64,000 bases of DNA from an uncultured bacterium (lineage in GTDB: Bacteria; Verrucomicrobiota; Verrucomicrobiia; Verrucomicrobiales; DEV007): the NCBI GenBank assembly GCA_963977015.1, contig CAXBMO010000014.1, positions 1-64,000 of the forward strand. The letters are read 5' to 3'. The notes under the pieces are model-generated. The model worked only from the letters and a program-made list of their open reading frames with translations. It was not told where the DNA came from and did not search any database. This document shows, piece after piece, positions 18,270 through 31,085 of the stretch (the stretch's first letter is position 1; each line of letters begins with the position of its first letter). The position numbers were made by a program, and so were the translations under genes.

Positions 18270-20066
18270 ATGTCTGGTTCAAAACCATCAGAAAACGATG
18301 CGGTGTTGGATTCTTGGTTGGCGATGGAGGACCTCGAAAATAGGACTCTGAACTCATCAACGTGGATTCCTCTCCACGTCTCCGAATACACTAAGTTGAA
18401 AGGGAAATCTGGACACCCTGGATTCAGGAAGGAATACCACAGTGTCGACTCTTTAATCGTTCCGTGCGAGTTCCTGGATGATATGTCCAATTTGGGGTGG
18501 CAGACCGTATCACGAATAAACTGCGATGGCGCATGGGCTGACAAAGATCAGTTCATTCCGGCAGGTTGCTTCGATGAGAATCCAGAATTGCGCTACCCCG
18601 TTCTGATTAAGGGGTTCGACACAGGTGAGCCAACACAGTGGGAGCTGTTTCAGGAAATTGACTTTGCGCTCCAACTTTTGCGGATCGAAAACTCATGGAT
18701 CCTGCCTGAGGAGAATGATGTGGAAGTGGCAAGACTGATTCACGACAACGGCAAACCGAGCCGTTTAGAGATGAAAGCTGAGTATCTTCGCGACTATCTC
18801 TGCGCCAAGCAAGCTCACCTCCTTGTCATGGAGTTTTGGTTCAGAGACTCAGTCGAGAGCTCGTCGAGTTTTGTGGGTTGGCCCGAAGGCGCACGAAATA
18901 GAGAGCTCGCACATGGAAGTTGGGAAGGACACAAGATTCCGATTCACGAAGGAGGAGCCCTCTTTGGATCAGGAGGAGTTGTTCTCAAGATGTGGCGGGA
19001 GAGTGTCGATCCTGAATCAGATATGCCCACGATGCCGCATCCAACTGCCGAAAAGGAAGCTAAATCAGAAACCACTGAATTTGGTTATGAAGGGAAGAAG
19101 CTATGGGCTGCATCAGGAAAGGCTTGGCTGAAACATTGGGTCAAGCCTGCCGGAAAAAGCCCGCGCATCAGAAGAGACCAAGTTGCCTCAAGAGTGTCAT
19201 TTGTCGTGGATAATCAGGAGCAGAATTCGCTAAGTGGAAACGATCTTGCTGATCACGATGGCTGGCTCTGGTTTCGTCCAACCGTTATTCCGTTTTTGTT
19301 GAAGCAGCCCAAATCAGAATTCCGATGGTATACCGAATCAACGGGTGAAATTGGACCTGACCGCATTCAAACCATGCACTTTGGAGTCAACTCAATTGGG
19401 TTAATTAATGTTGTTGCCTACAAAATGGCGGATCTTTCTCCTTGGGTTCAAAAGTTATGGGCAGCGCACAATGTGCCGCCAGAAGGTGGTCTTTCTGAAG
19501 AACTGCACATGTCACAGAACCTGGCTGAACCGGCAAAAACCGTCTCACCGGAGGTCGGTCTGTGGAGAAACTTGAATGGCATAGTCAGACTAACTTCGAG
19601 TCTCTTCGGAGAATCAATTCTTCGTGCTCTTCCAGATGAAAAAGACTTCTTCAAAAGAATTCACAGATTTCACGGAGATTCGTTCGAGGATTTTTGCAGG
19701 CTCTGCAAGGACCTAAACCGGACGGTCGCGGAGCAGTTCAATATTGGAGTGATCAATAGCAAAATTGATCCTGACAACGCAGTTGAAGCAAAGCGGAAAA
19801 ACCTTCGAGAGATCAAGCGGGTCGCGTTTTGGCTTACAAATCTCGGATTGGACGGAAGAGAGATGACTCGAGTGTTTGCAGGAGTAAACGATTTGAGAGT
19901 TGGTGACGCCCACTCTGGTGGGGACTCGCTCAGGGACTCACTCGAGATACTGAAAATTCCGCGAGATTCGACAGATTATGCCACAATGTCGTTTCACGTA
20001 ATTGGAGAAACCGCGAATGCGATAGGGCTGATCGGTGCCGAAGTAGAAAAGCATTATAGAGATTGA
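18270..20066 (+). CDS. Hypothetical protein with possible C-terminal HEPN motif
   Basis: 598 aa intact ORF; NDLRVGDAH fits Rx4H near the C-terminus. Confidence 0.7.
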   Translation: MSGSKPSENDAVLDSWLAMEDLENRTLNSSTWIPLHVSEYTKLKGKSGHPGFRKEYHSVDSLIVPCEFLDDMSNLGWQTVSRINCDGAWADKDQFIPAGCFDENPELRYPVLIKGFDTGEPTQWELFQEIDFALQLLRIENSWILPEENDVEVARLIHDNGKPSRLEMKAEYLRDYLCAKQAHLLVMEFWFRDSVESSSSFVGWPEGARNRELAHGSWEGHKIPIHEGGALFGSGGVVLKMWRESVDPESDMPTMPHPTAEKEAKSETTEFGYEGKKLWAASGKAWLKHWVKPAGKSPRIRRDQVASRVSFVVDNQEQNSLSGNDLADHDGWLWFRPTVIPFLLKQPKSEFRWYTESTGEIGPDRIQTMHFGVNSIGLINVVAYKMADLSPWVQKLWAAHNVPPEGGLSEELHMSQNLAEPAKTVSPEVGLWRNLNGIVRLTSSLFGESILRALPDEKDFFKRIHRFHGDSFEDFCRLCKDLNRTVAEQFNIGVINSKIDPDNAVEAKRKNLREIKRVAFWLTNLGLDGREMTRVFAGVNDLRVGDAHSGGDSLRDSLEILKIPRDSTDYATMSFHVIGETANAIGLIGAEVEKHYRD

Positions 20067-20079
20067 TGTTTCCTTGCTG

Positions 20080-22383
20080 CTAAATTTTTGTCCTGCTCAG
20101 CCTCAGCGCGTTCCCAATCACCGAAACCGAACTGAAACTCATCGCCGCGCCCGCAATCATTGGGCTGAGCAGAAGCTGGAAAACCGGGTAGAAGATCCCC
20201 GCCGCAATCGGCACGCCGAGCGCATTGTAGATAAAGGCGAAGAACAGGTTTTGCCGAATGTTGCCCATCGTTGCGCGACTCAACCGGATAGCTTTGGCAA
20301 TGCCTAACAGGTCACCTTTCACCAGCGTGATCCCCGCACTTTCGATCGCCACGTCGGTTCCTGTGCCCATCGCGATACCCACGTCGGCTTCGGCGAGAGC
20401 CGGAGCATCGTTGATTCCGTCACCGGCCATGGCGACGACATGGCCTTGCTCTTTGAGTTGCCGAATGATGGCGTTCTTGTCCTGGGGGGCCAATCCGGCG
20501 CGGACTTCGTCGATGCCAAGTTCTTTGGCCACGGCATCAGCAGTGCGCTGATTGTCGCCGGTGCAGACGATGACTTTGATTCCCATGTTATGCAGGGTTT
20601 CGATCGCCTTGGGCGTCGAATCCTTGATGGGATCGGCAATTCCCAAGATTCCAACGGCCTGCGATTCTTCTGCAACCCAAACCACGGTGCGGGCCTTGGA
20701 CTCAAGTTCCTCGGCTGCATCGGAAAGGTGTTTGGGTATTTCGATTTCGTTGTCTTCCAGAAACCCGCGTTTACCGATCCGAATCCGCTTTCCTTCAACC
20801 ATGCCGGTAACTCCGCCACCGGTGGTGGATTGGAACTCTTCAGGCTTGGATACGCCTAGTTTTCGTTCCTTGGCTTCGTTCACAATCGCACGGGCCAATG
20901 GGTGTTCGCTGTTTTGTTCGACCGCGGCGGCGACCGCAAGCAATTGTTGCTCTTCAAAATCGGCGGCTACGACCGTTTCGGTGACCTTTGGTTTGCCGGC
21001 AGTGAGCGTGCCGGTCTTGTCGGTAACGAGGCAGTTCACCTTTTCGGTGCGCTCGATGGCTTCGGCGTTTTTGATTAAAATCCCCATCTGCGCGGCGCGG
21101 CCCACTCCGACCATGATTGACATGGGTGTGGCAAGGCCGAGGGCACATGGGCAGGCGATGATCAGAACCGAAACCGCGGCGACTAAGGCGTAGGCCATCT
21201 TGGGATCCGGACCCCAAATGCCCCAAATGACAAAGGCGAGCGCAGCAATAAGGATGACAGCAGGGACAAACCAGCCTGCAACGGAATCGGCCAGCTTTTG
21301 AATCGGCGCCCGGCTGCGTTGCGCCTCGGCGACCATGTGCACGATTTGAGAGAGCAACGTGTCCGCGCCCACTTTTTCGGCCCGCATCAAGATCGAACCA
21401 GTTTGGTTGATGGTGGCTCCGATGACCGGATCGCCGTCACCTTTCTGAACCGGTATGGGTTCGCCGGTAATCATGGATTCGTCAAATGTGCTGCGTCCCT
21501 CCACGACCACTCCGTCGATGGGCACTTTTTCTCCCGGACGAACACGCAGGAGATCGCCAGGCTGGATTGAATCCACTTCGACGTCAACCTCCTCGCCGTC
21601 TTTTACCAGGTGAGCGGTTTTTGCGGCGAGTCCGAGCAAGGCTTGAATGGCCTGGCCGGTCTGGCTGCGGGCGCGAGTTTCGAGCCATTGGCCTAACAGA
21701 ACGAGAACGGTGATGACGGCAGCGGCTTCGAAGTAAAGGCCGACTTCGCCATCGCGGCGAAACGATTCGGGAAAGATGCCGGGGGCGAGCACAGCGACCG
21801 CGCTATAGACGTAGGCGGCGCCCACCCCCATCGCGATGAGGGTGAACATGTTCGGGCTGCGGTTGACGATCGAGCGCCAAGCCTTGGTGAAGAACATTCC
21901 GCCGGCCCAAACCACAACCGGGGTGGTAAGCAAAAGCTCGATCCATTTGGAAACGTTCCGGGGAATCAGCGCTTCGATCCCCAGAGCCGGAATCATCCCG
22001 CCCATCGCAAGCAGAAAAACGGGGATGGTGAGAACCAGTCCAATGAGAAACTTGCGTTTGAGTGAGGCAATTTCAGCTTCTTCCGGGTTTTCTCCGGCTA
22101 CTAAGGTTTTGGGCTCAAGGGGCATGCCGCATTTCGGGCAATCGCCGGGGTGATCCTGCTCGATCTCAGGATGCATCGGGCACGTGTAGATCATCTTCGC
22201 CTTCGCCGGAATCGGGCTCATCGGTTCCAGGGCCATCCCGCATTTGGGGCAATCGCCCGGTTCATCTGACACAATTTCCGGGTGCATCGGACAAGTGTAT
22301 TTCTCGTCCGGGGATGAATCCGACTTCTCACCCCGTTGGTGAGGATGGTCGTGGTTGTGATGGCAGCAGTCGGATTCAGGCAT
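20080..22383 (-). CDS. copA: Cu(I)/Ag(I)-translocating P1B-type ATPase
   Basis: Two [18 protein letters not shown] domains, TGE, CPC, DKTGT, HP, GDGIND, YN and MSFSS. Confidence 0.95.
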   Translation of the reverse strand: MPESDCCHHNHDHPHQRGEKSDSSPDEKYTCPMHPEIVSDEPGDCPKCGMALEPMSPIPAKAKMIYTCPMHPEIEQDHPGDCPKCGMPLEPKTLVAGENPEEAEIASLKRKFLIGLVLTIPVFLLAMGGMIPALGIEALIPRNVSKWIELLLTTPVVVWAGGMFFTKAWRSIVNRSPNMFTLIAMGVGAAYVYSAVAVLAPGIFPESFRRDGEVGLYFEAAAVITVLVLLGQWLETRARSQTGQAIQALLGLAAKTAHLVKDGEEVDVEVDSIQPGDLLRVRPGEKVPIDGVVVEGRSTFDESMITGEPIPVQKGDGDPVIGATINQTGSILMRAEKVGADTLLSQIVHMVAEAQRSRAPIQKLADSVAGWFVPAVILIAALAFVIWGIWGPDPKMAYALVAAVSVLIIACPCALGLATPMSIMVGVGRAAQMGILIKNAEAIERTEKVNCLVTDKTGTLTAGKPKVTETVVAADFEEQQLLAVAAAVEQNSEHPLARAIVNEAKERKLGVSKPEEFQSTTGGGVTGMVEGKRIRIGKRGFLEDNEIEIPKHLSDAAEELESKARTVVWVAEESQAVGILGIADPIKDSTPKAIETLHNMGIKVIVCTGDNQRTADAVAKELGIDEVRAGLAPQDKNAIIRQLKEQGHVVAMAGDGINDAPALAEADVGIAMGTGTDVAIESAGITLVKGDLLGIAKAIRLSRATMGNIRQNLFFAFIYNALGVPIAAGIFYPVFQLLLSPMIAGAAMSFSSVSVIGNALRLSRTKI

Positions 22384-22432
22384 TGAGTATAGGCGGTTTA
22401 GGGGACGATCGACAATTTCAATGAAATCGTAG

Positions 22433-23737
22433 TCAGTTTCTGGCCGAGCGCAAAAACCAGCGCTCTCCGGCAAAGACAAGCGCCAGGCCGATGGCCGAAG
22501 CCCAGATGACAAGCATGTCGGAGCGCACTTTCACCCAGAGAAAAGCGCCGAGCACCACCGCGTCCATCACCAGCGCGGTGATGAGGATGGCGGCATTGGC
22601 CTCGATCTCCCGACGCAATTTGCGAAAGACGCCCCAGTGGATGGCCATGTCCATGACGATGTAGAAAATGGCACCCAATGACGCAATGCGGCTCAAGTCG
22701 AAGAAAATCGTTAGCACGATTGCCAACACGATCGTGTAAACCAGGGTGTGCTTCTGGATGCTGCCAGGCATGCCGAAATGACTGTGCGGCACCAAGTTCA
22801 TGTCGGTTAGCATCGCTAACATCCGCGATACTGCAAAAATGCTGGCGATGACTCCGGCCACTGTAGCGGCAAGGGCAAATGCAACGGTAACCCAAACGCC
22901 CGCCTGACCATAGGCGGGTCGAGATGCTTCGGCCAGAGCGTAGTCCTTTGCCTTTACGATTTCGTTGATCGACAGGTTTCCAGCTACGCCAAGGGCAACA
23001 AAGAGATACAAGACAACGCAGATCCCAATGGAAATGACGATCGCCCGCCCCACGTTTTTGTGAGGTTCCTTGATTTCGCCACCGCTGTTGGTGATGGTGG
23101 TAAAGCCTTTGTAGGCGAGAATGGCGAGAGCTGTGGCACCAAGAAACTCCATCGGCCCGGTTTGCTTGGGAACCATGGCTAGGCCTTCAAACCGGAATCC
23201 CGAGATCCACAATCCACCTCCGGCCAGGATAACCAATCCGGCTACTTTCACGAACGCCATAACGAACGAGAATGTCTGGATGAATTGATTGCTGAGGATA
23301 TTTACCAAAAAAGCAACCAGCAACAGTCCGACTCCCAGCGCAGGCACCATCCAAGTGTCTTTCTCGATATCGAATGGCTGCAGCGCATAGGTTCCAAAGG
23401 TTCGGGCTACCAAGCTCTCGTTGATAACCATAGAAAAATACATTAGCAACGCGCAGGCGCCAGTCATCACGCTCTTCCCGTAGGCTTTTTCGAGGAACAT
23501 GGCGATGCCGCCGGCCGACGGATGTGCGTTGGCCAGCTTGACGTAGGAATAAGCACTGAAACTGGCCACGATCGCGCCGGCTAGAAAAGCGATGGGAAAC
23601 CACCCCCGTGCCAATTCGGCAATTTGTCCCGTCAGCGCGAAAATGCCTGCGCCGATCATCACGCCTGTGCCCATTGACACCGCGCCTGTCAGAGACAAGC
23701 TGTCCTTCTCATAATGTGAGGAGCGGTCGTGATCCAT
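22433..23737 (-). CDS. APC-family permease
   Basis: [14 protein letters not shown], about 12 TM segments. Confidence 0.9.
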   Translation of the reverse strand: MDHDRSSHYEKDSLSLTGAVSMGTGVMIGAGIFALTGQIAELARGWFPIAFLAGAIVASFSAYSYVKLANAHPSAGGIAMFLEKAYGKSVMTGACALLMYFSMVINESLVARTFGTYALQPFDIEKDTWMVPALGVGLLLVAFLVNILSNQFIQTFSFVMAFVKVAGLVILAGGGLWISGFRFEGLAMVPKQTGPMEFLGATALAILAYKGFTTITNSGGEIKEPHKNVGRAIVISIGICVVLYLFVALGVAGNLSINEIVKAKDYALAEASRPAYGQAGVWVTVAFALAATVAGVIASIFAVSRMLAMLTDMNLVPHSHFGMPGSIQKHTLVYTIVLAIVLTIFFDLSRIASLGAIFYIVMDMAIHWGVFRKLRREIEANAAILITALVMDAVVLGAFLWVKVRSDMLVIWASAIGLALVFAGERWFLRSARN

Positions 23738-23741
23738 TTTC

Positions 23742-23858
23742 TCAGGGCCGACGGCGGAAGGCTCGAAGAATGGCCACGACGATGGCAATTACCAGGAGGA
23801 GGGCAATTGCCCACCAGAACCACATCCCCCACATCATTTGGTCGTGCATTTCGTGCAT
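23742..23858 (-). CDS. Small His/Met-rich membrane peptide (38 aa)
   Basis: Manual translation MHEMHDQMMWGMWFWWAIALLLVIAIVVAILRAFRRRP; ends 4 bp before permease start. Confidence 0.6.
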   Translation of the reverse strand: MHEMHDQMMWGMWFWWAIALLLVIAIVVAILRAFRRRP

Positions 23859-23994
23859 GGTTTAAGGATTTAAGGATTATTGCAGTTTCCGTGCCAACAA
23901 GCCGACGCTTCGAAACTTTGTGTTGTGCGGGCAAAGTGCCAATCGTTGTCTTGCAAATTGCATGGACAGGATCAGGGTTGGTAGCCCAGCAAAC

Positions 23995-24084
23995 CTAACG
24001 CCGATTCTGAATCCAGATGACGGCGAAGAGAAACAAACCCGCGAGTATCAAGGCGGCGAGGCACCAAATCCACCAGTCTGACAT
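23995..24084 (-). CDS. Small membrane peptide (29 aa)
   Basis: MSDWWIWCLAALILAGLFLFAVIWIQNRR preceded by GAGGAG. Confidence 0.45.
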   Translation of the reverse strand: MSDWWIWCLAALILAGLFLFAVIWIQNRR

Positions 24085-24115
24085 TGCTGCTCCTCAAATT
24101 ATCGGATTAAATGAG

Positions 24116-24150
24116 TGGTGGGAGGCTCCATTGAAAGAAGCCTCCCACCA
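24116..24150. terminator. Hairpin downstream of 24176-24586
   Basis: tggtgggaggct/agcctcccacca 12-bp perfect inverted repeat. Confidence 0.55.
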
Positions 24151-24175
24151 GTTGATCGGTTGGTAAGCGCTGAGT

Positions 24176-24586
24176 TTACTCAGTCTTCTTTTCCTTCTTT
24201 GTCATCCCTGGAGTTTTCTTGCCGGGGGTTGTCGAGCAGCAGAAAGCCGAGTCGTCGCCACAGTTGGAACAAGTGTGAACGTATTTCGGCGGTTGTCCGG
24301 TTTTTTGAGCGACCGGGTTGTAGCGCATCTTGCCGTCGCAGCCGGGGCAGGCGTGCTCGGTATCCGCCTTGAACCATTCGAGGAAGGTCTTCTTTTTGTC
24401 GGCGTCGCGGACCAAGATGGTTTGACATTTGGAACATGCCATCGCGATGGAACCTTTCTCGACTTTCTCCGCGTCTGCCTGGCTTTTGAGACGATGAGAG
24501 TATTGCGGTTTTTGCTGCGCGTTGGCCAACGGCGCAATGAACAGAAATGCAGCCAAGAGAGGAAGGATTGTTTTTGCAGTATTCAT
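24176..24586 (-). CDS. Secreted Cys-rich protein
   Basis: Signal peptide; CSKC, HACPGC, HTCSNC, CC. Confidence 0.75.
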   Translation of the reverse strand: MNTAKTILPLLAAFLFIAPLANAQQKPQYSHRLKSQADAEKVEKGSIAMACSKCQTILVRDADKKKTFLEWFKADTEHACPGCDGKMRYNPVAQKTGQPPKYVHTCSNCGDDSAFCCSTTPGKKTPGMTKKEKKTE

Positions 24587-24637
24587 CTAGTTTTTAGTTT
24601 TAGGTTGGTATGAGTCGTAGTGGTTGGTTGTTTTTGA

Positions 24638-24781
24638 TCAGGTGTGGCTATGTTCGCTATGACGGGTAGGTGCTTTGTGAGGGCCTTCGTGGTCGTGTTG
24701 GGTGCGGCAAGAGCTAAGCAAAACCGCCGCGAACGCGGCTACCAGCACCAAGCCCGTCTTCCACCAGGATTTAGTTTTCAT
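24638..24781 (-). CDS. Small His-rich lipoprotein (47 aa)
   Basis: MKTKSWWKTGLVLVAAFAAVLLSSCRTQHDHEGPHKAPTRHSEHSHT; lipobox LSSC. Confidence 0.65.
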   Translation of the reverse strand: MKTKSWWKTGLVLVAAFAAVLLSSCRTQHDHEGPHKAPTRHSEHSHT

Positions 24782-24843
24782 ACGTTTAACAATTAGTCTT
24801 TTTTTTGAGGTGTTAGGACCACCATTGGCCCCTTCAACTCATT

Positions 24844-24870
24844 CAACGCCGCCGGATAAAATCCCCCTCA
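24844..24870 (-). promoter_or_regulatory. Putative ECF promoter
   Basis: TGAGGG-N14-GGCGTTG. Confidence 0.75.
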
Positions 24871-25022
24871 ACAATATTCACAAACCGAGCCGATTTGGCA
24901 TTTGCCTCCCCCGAACGGAAAAAATCAGCCAGCCAATGGCGAATCCTCCAAAGCGAGAGACCAAAGCTCCTAAATAACCACCGGATTCTCATGGGCACCG
25001 AAACTCGCGCAGGGGTTCCTGT

Positions 25023-25520
25023 TTAGTTGGGTCCACTTGCGGCTACCGGGCCAAGCTTGTTGAGCGTGACGATGATGAAAATCATCACGAAAAGCGCGAC
25101 GCTTTCGATCACGCCGAGAATCATCATGAAATTGACGAAGCCTTGGTTGGTTTCGGCCAGCGCGTCTGAGGCGGCGGCACCGGCCCGGCCTTGCATGACG
25201 GCGGCGAGCCCGATGACGAGCCCTCCGAGCACGCCTCCGGTGAGCAGGTAGATGTAGGCGGAGTCCGGCGAATTGGCTTTCATGTGGGCGTCGCTCATGC
25301 TCAGGATTGTGTTCATGAGCAAGAACCCGTAAATGGTCTGCGTCAGCGGTGCGCCGACGAACGCCACGACGACGAACGGAAAGGGCTTGTTCTCCATGAA
25401 GCAGCGTTTGCCGGCTCCGATGGAAGCCATGCCCGCAATCCCCGTTCCCAGGGCCGATCCGAGGCCGGAGAGGGCTAACGCGGAGGCGTAGGCAATGGCA
25501 CAGGTGGTGTGAATGTCCAT
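25023..25520 (-). CDS. atpK: V-type ATPase subunit K
   Basis: 4-TM proteolipid, PLTQTIYG, MQG, IESVALF. Confidence 0.92.
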   Translation of the reverse strand: MDIHTTCAIAYASALALSGLGSALGTGIAGMASIGAGKRCFMENKPFPFVVVAFVGAPLTQTIYGFLLMNTILSMSDAHMKANSPDSAYIYLLTGGVLGGLVIGLAAVMQGRAGAAASDALAETNQGFVNFMMILGVIESVALFVMIFIIVTLNKLGPVAASGPN

Positions 25521-25521
25521 G

Positions 25522-27309
25522 TCAATGGGTGTCTTGAAGGTTGTCTGTGTGGTTGAGTTGAAAGGGTTGAAATTCGGTGCCGGACCACTCCAACTCGGCG
25601 TGGCCGGAGAACTCCAGCATGTTAAGCCGGACGCCGTGAACGATCACACCCAACGCGGCCATGGCGAGGTTGATCCCGTGGCCGAGGAGGAGCACGAGTC
25701 CCGCGAGCAGAACGCGACCCGGACCGCCAACCCCCAGGCCGGCGGCAATTTCGTTGAAGCTGGCGGCAACGGCGAGAGTCGCCATGCCGACCGCAAAGAG
25801 CCGGATGTAGGAGATGAGATCGCCAAAGCAGTTCATAAGCTTGAGCGGCAATCGCGCGACTCCGATCCCGGCTCCGCGCAGGAGGTTGCGCTGCGGTGCG
25901 GCGAAGAAAACGGCCAGCAGTGTGCCGGTGATGAGAAGTGCGTAGGCCAGGGGCGGAGTGGGCGTTTCCAACACGAGATAGCGGACCACGAAAAAGGAGG
26001 CTGCAACGATGAGCGTCCACCCGATCTGGCACAACGCGGTCAGCGAGTGGCGCTGACGCCAGGCGATGAGCAGATGGGCCGCGCAGAGATGGGTTGCCCC
26101 AATGACGAAGCAGATCAGCATCGCGGCTGGCTGGCTGGCGGGGTCGAAGGCGTCGAGCCGAGGAATGACCAGTGAACGCAGAACGGGCGCGTTGCCCAAA
26201 GCCTCGATTCCAAACCAGTTTCCGCTGAGCGCGCCCCAGGCGACCGTGGCACCGCCCAGGATAGCGAGCAGGCGGATGGCCTCGGCCGGCGGACGGCCGT
26301 AGCGCCGCCAGGCGAGCGTTGCCAGCAACGTCAGCAAACCATAACCGGCGTCGCCGATGAGGATGGCGAAGAACAGCGTCAGGTAGATGAGAAACCAGAG
26401 GCTGACGTCCATTTCGCGATAACCCGGCAGGCTGTTGATGATACGATAGACGGGGCCGGCCGATTCGATCCAGGGCGGGTTGGCGAGGTGCGTCGGAGCT
26501 TGGTCGTCAGGGTGAATCCGGCGTTCGAGCAGGGCGCCGCCTTGCTCGCGGGCGAAGCGATGCAACTCGGAAAGGCGCGGCTGGGGACAATAACCTTCGA
26601 GAATCGCCAAGGGACGGTTCGAACGCACGGTGGCGAGCGCGGCACGCAATTCACCTTGCTGCCGGAGGCGTCGGGCTTCGGCGTGGAGAACGTCGAGTTG
26701 CGGGCAAAAGGCGCGAAGCCGGCGATGGATTTCCAAAAGCCGCGCCTCAATTTTCCGGGCTTCGAGACGCAATTTGGACGGCGACTGGCTTGGCAGGGCC
26801 ACTTCCCGGAGGCCCGGAATCACCTCCGCTTCCCGGCTTAGGATGGCGATCCACCATTCCGGCGTGTCGCGTCGAATCACGGCTGCCGCATGGGTGGGCG
26901 CGAGACGGCGAAATTCTCGCTCCCGGCAGCGGTAAACCCGCAGGAAGAGGCCGCGCTCGCGCAACTCAGCAAGACTTTCGGGCTCGAAGTCTCCCAGCGG
27001 GGCGATTCGGGCCATTTCGGTTTGCAACTCGTGATGCCGGGTTTGCAGCGCCTCGCGTTCCTGAGCCATACTCAGCACGTCGGCCACGATTTCTGCCGCC
27101 GGGAGCGTAGGCCCGGCGGCAGATTCGGCGGCATCCTGACATTCTTCCAGAATCCGGATCGCCAATTCGACTCGTTGCAGTTCCTCGCCGGGTTCGGGCT
27201 CCGGGCGTTCCCGCAGATGAAGCACGCACAGTTCGCCCAATCGGCGCACCGCTTCCTCCCGCCGGGATTCCGGCATGAGCAAAGCGACAGCTTTCATGGG
27301 AACAATCAT
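25522..27309 (-). CDS. atpI: V-type ATPase subunit I
   Basis: MIVPMK start, GDAGYG, DLISYIRLFAVG, HGVRLNMLEF. Confidence 0.92.
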   Translation of the reverse strand: MIVPMKAVALLMPESRREEAVRRLGELCVLHLRERPEPEPGEELQRVELAIRILEECQDAAESAAGPTLPAAEIVADVLSMAQEREALQTRHHELQTEMARIAPLGDFEPESLAELRERGLFLRVYRCREREFRRLAPTHAAAVIRRDTPEWWIAILSREAEVIPGLREVALPSQSPSKLRLEARKIEARLLEIHRRLRAFCPQLDVLHAEARRLRQQGELRAALATVRSNRPLAILEGYCPQPRLSELHRFAREQGGALLERRIHPDDQAPTHLANPPWIESAGPVYRIINSLPGYREMDVSLWFLIYLTLFFAILIGDAGYGLLTLLATLAWRRYGRPPAEAIRLLAILGGATVAWGALSGNWFGIEALGNAPVLRSLVIPRLDAFDPASQPAAMLICFVIGATHLCAAHLLIAWRQRHSLTALCQIGWTLIVAASFFVVRYLVLETPTPPLAYALLITGTLLAVFFAAPQRNLLRGAGIGVARLPLKLMNCFGDLISYIRLFAVGMATLAVAASFNEIAAGLGVGGPGRVLLAGLVLLLGHGINLAMAALGVIVHGVRLNMLEFSGHAELEWSGTEFQPFQLNHTDNLQDTH

Positions 27310-27905
27310 GAGGAAACCGTCTGGAGTTTGCGTTTGGCGAGCTTGCCGCGCACCACCGCGGCCGCCTGCTGATCGCCCAGGAAAATCTTGAGGCGCCGAA
27401 TATTCTCGCGGGCATCGGGAATCTTGACTCGCTCGAAGAGGTTGACCCGTTGGCTGGTCACGATCAGTTCGCGCGCGATCAGTTCCCGGCGCCGCCGGAG
27501 CACGTGCTCCCTGGCATCCAACTCCAGGATGGAACGCGTTTCCTGGATGGCGCGGTCGATCCACGGGGGCGTTTCAAAGAGGTCGTAGCGAATCGGCTCG
27601 AGTTCGAGTTGCTCGAAGACCGGCAGATGCACCCCGGCGACGTTTTCGCTTCCCAAAACCAGCTCCCGCAACCGGAACCACCGGGCAAAATTCTCGCTAC
27701 CGCCGAGCACGGCGATCCAGGGCGCCATTTCCTCCTGGAGCCGCCCGCGCTCGGCGGCCACCCGGCGCAGCTCCTCGTCCAGCCGCCGAATCTGGAGTTG
27801 CAATTGTTGCTTCTTGAGCTGCAGCATCGGCAAAAAGCGTTCGAAACGCTTCAAGTCGTCTTTCTGGCGTTTCAGCTCGCTCTTGGTGTATTTGATTTTG
27901 GCCAT
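27306..27905 (-). CDS. atpD: V-type ATPase subunit D
   Basis: LPMLQLKKQQL, TSQRVNLFERVKIP. Confidence 0.92.
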   Translation of the reverse strand: MAKIKYTKSELKRQKDDLKRFERFLPMLQLKKQQLQLQIRRLDEELRRVAAERGRLQEEMAPWIAVLGGSENFARWFRLRELVLGSENVAGVHLPVFEQLELEPIRYDLFETPPWIDRAIQETRSILELDAREHVLRRRRELIARELIVTSQRVNLFERVKIPDARENIRRLKIFLGDQQAAAVVRGKLAKRKLQTVSS

Positions 27906-27906
27906 G

Positions 27907-29334
<1,428 letters not shown>

Positions 29335-29339
29335 GGTGG

Positions 29340-31085
29340 CTATGTCAGAGATTCCTGGTTGGCGGCCGAGCTGAGATGATCGCGGATTCCACGCTCTAGT
29401 TCGGCGAAACGCTCTGACTCGGGCGGCGTGTAATTCCAGTCGATAAACTTCTGTCGCAGCGTGTTGAAGAAGGTTCGAGCCTCGGCCTTGTCCGGAAAGT
29501 CAAGGTTCGCGTCGAGGATGTCCAGAATCAGCTCGAAACTCTGCTGTTGACGCTCGGAAGGGCAGAAAGCATCGACCTGGTCAAACGAATTTTGCTGGAG
29601 GTAGACGGCATCAATCAACTCGGCCTTGAGGTAACCCACGTAGTCGTCCATCGAGATGCCTTCCTCGCCAACCACCGTCATCATCTGCCGCGTTTCCTCG
29701 CCATGAAGCAGAACTTCGCGCGCTTTGGCGACCGATTCCGGCGAGAGCGCGCCGCGGTATTTGCTCCAACTCTCCAGCGGGTCGATGGCCGGGTAACGCC
29801 GCGCCTCAGCCCGGTTTCGCGAAAGCCCGTGGAAGGCGCCAACGACTTTGAGCGTGCTTTGGGTCACCGGTTCTTCGAAGTTGCCGCCCGCCGGGCTGAC
29901 GGTTCCGCCGATCGTCACCGAACCGGTGGTTCCATCGTGGAGCCGAACCAGCCCGGCCCGCTCGTAAAAGGCGCCGATCCGGGATTCGAGATAAGCCGGA
30001 AACGCCTCCTCAGCGGGAATTTCCTCCAGCCGTCCGGACATCTCGCGCAACGCCTGGGCCCAGCGAGAGGTGGAATCGGCCAGCAGCAGAGCGTGCAGCC
30101 CCATTTGCCGATAATACTCAGCCAGGGTGATGGCTGTGTAGATCGAAGCCTCGCGGGCTGCAACCGGCATGGAGCTGGTGTTGCAAATGATGATGGTGCG
30201 CTCCATGAGCGAGCGCCCGGTGCGGGGATCGCTCAGTTTGGGGAATTCGCGCATGGTCTCGACGACTTCGCCGGCGCGTTCGCCGCAAGCCGCCACGATG
30301 ACGACATCCACTTCCGCATGCCGACTGGTTACCTGTTGGAGGATGGTTTTGCCCGCGCCGAATGGGCCGGGAATGCAGTAGGTGCCGCCCCGCCCCACCG
30401 GGAAAAAGGTGTCGATCGTGCGGGTACCCGTGATCATGGGGTGCTCCGGCAGGAGACGCTTCCGGTAGCAGCGAATCGGCAGCTTGGCCGGCCAGCGAAA
30501 GTGCATCGTCAGTTCGCGCTCCGCACCGAAGGGATCGCGCAATTTCGCGATGGGGTCGTTCACGGTGTAGGCGCCGGATTCGCCGAGCCAATCAAGCGTC
30601 CAATCGCCGCGCAAGTCGAAGGGAGCCATGATGCGATGCTCGAACATGCCTTCCTGAACCTGCCCGAGGGTCGCCCCCGCTCCGACGGCCGCTCCAGGCT
30701 TGGCTTTGGGAAGAAAATCCCACTTTCGAGTCCGGTCGAGCGCCTCCGCATAGACGCCCTTGGGCAGAAACACGCCGTTGGTTTCGGCCAGCTTGACCAG
30801 GGGGTTCTGCAGTCCGTCATAGATCTGACCGAGAAGGCCGGGGCCCAGGTCCACGGTTAACAAGTCGCCGGTAAACTCCACCCGGTCCCCGGGCCCGAGT
30901 CCGCGGGTGTTTTCAAATACCTGCATCTCGGCGACGTCGTCGCGAATCCGGATTACCTCCGCTTTGAGGCGCTGATCGTCCAGCAGCGCGAACCCGACTT
31001 CGTTCTGGTGAACGCTGCCCTCGAACCGAACGGCGATGAGGTTGCCGTTTACGCCGATGATCGTGCCCTTCGCCTCGTTTTTCAC
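29340..31085 (-). CDS. atpA: V-type ATPase subunit A
   Basis: [37 protein letters not shown]. Confidence 0.96.
   Translation of the reverse strand: MKNEAKGTIIGVNGNLIAVRFEGSVHQNEVGFALLDDQRLKAEVIRIRDDVAEMQVFENTRGLGPGDRVEFTGDLLTVDLGPGLLGQIYDGLQNPLVKLAETNGVFLPKGVYAEALDRTRKWDFLPKAKPGAAVGAGATLGQVQEGMFEHRIMAPFDLRGDWTLDWLGESGAYTVNDPIAKLRDPFGAERELTMHFRWPAKLPIRCYRKRLLPEHPMITGTRTIDTFFPVGRGGTYCIPGPFGAGKTILQQVTSRHAEVDVVIVAACGERAGEVVETMREFPKLSDPRTGRSLMERTIIICNTSSMPVAAREASIYTAITLAEYYRQMGLHALLLADSTSRWAQALREMSGRLEEIPAEEAFPAYLESRIGAFYERAGLVRLHDGTTGSVTIGGTVSPAGGNFEEPVTQSTLKVVGAFHGLSRNRAEARRYPAIDPLESWSKYRGALSPESVAKAREVLLHGEETRQMMTVVGEEGISMDDYVGYLKAELIDAVYLQQNSFDQVDAFCPSERQQQSFELILDILDANLDFPDKAEARTFFNTLRQKFIDWNYTPPESERFAELERGIRDHLSSAANQESLT

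Noticed and set aside
29547-30860. 437 aa plus-strand ORF (also 53139-54569 and 7463-8353)
   Set aside because: Antisense to well-supported genes.
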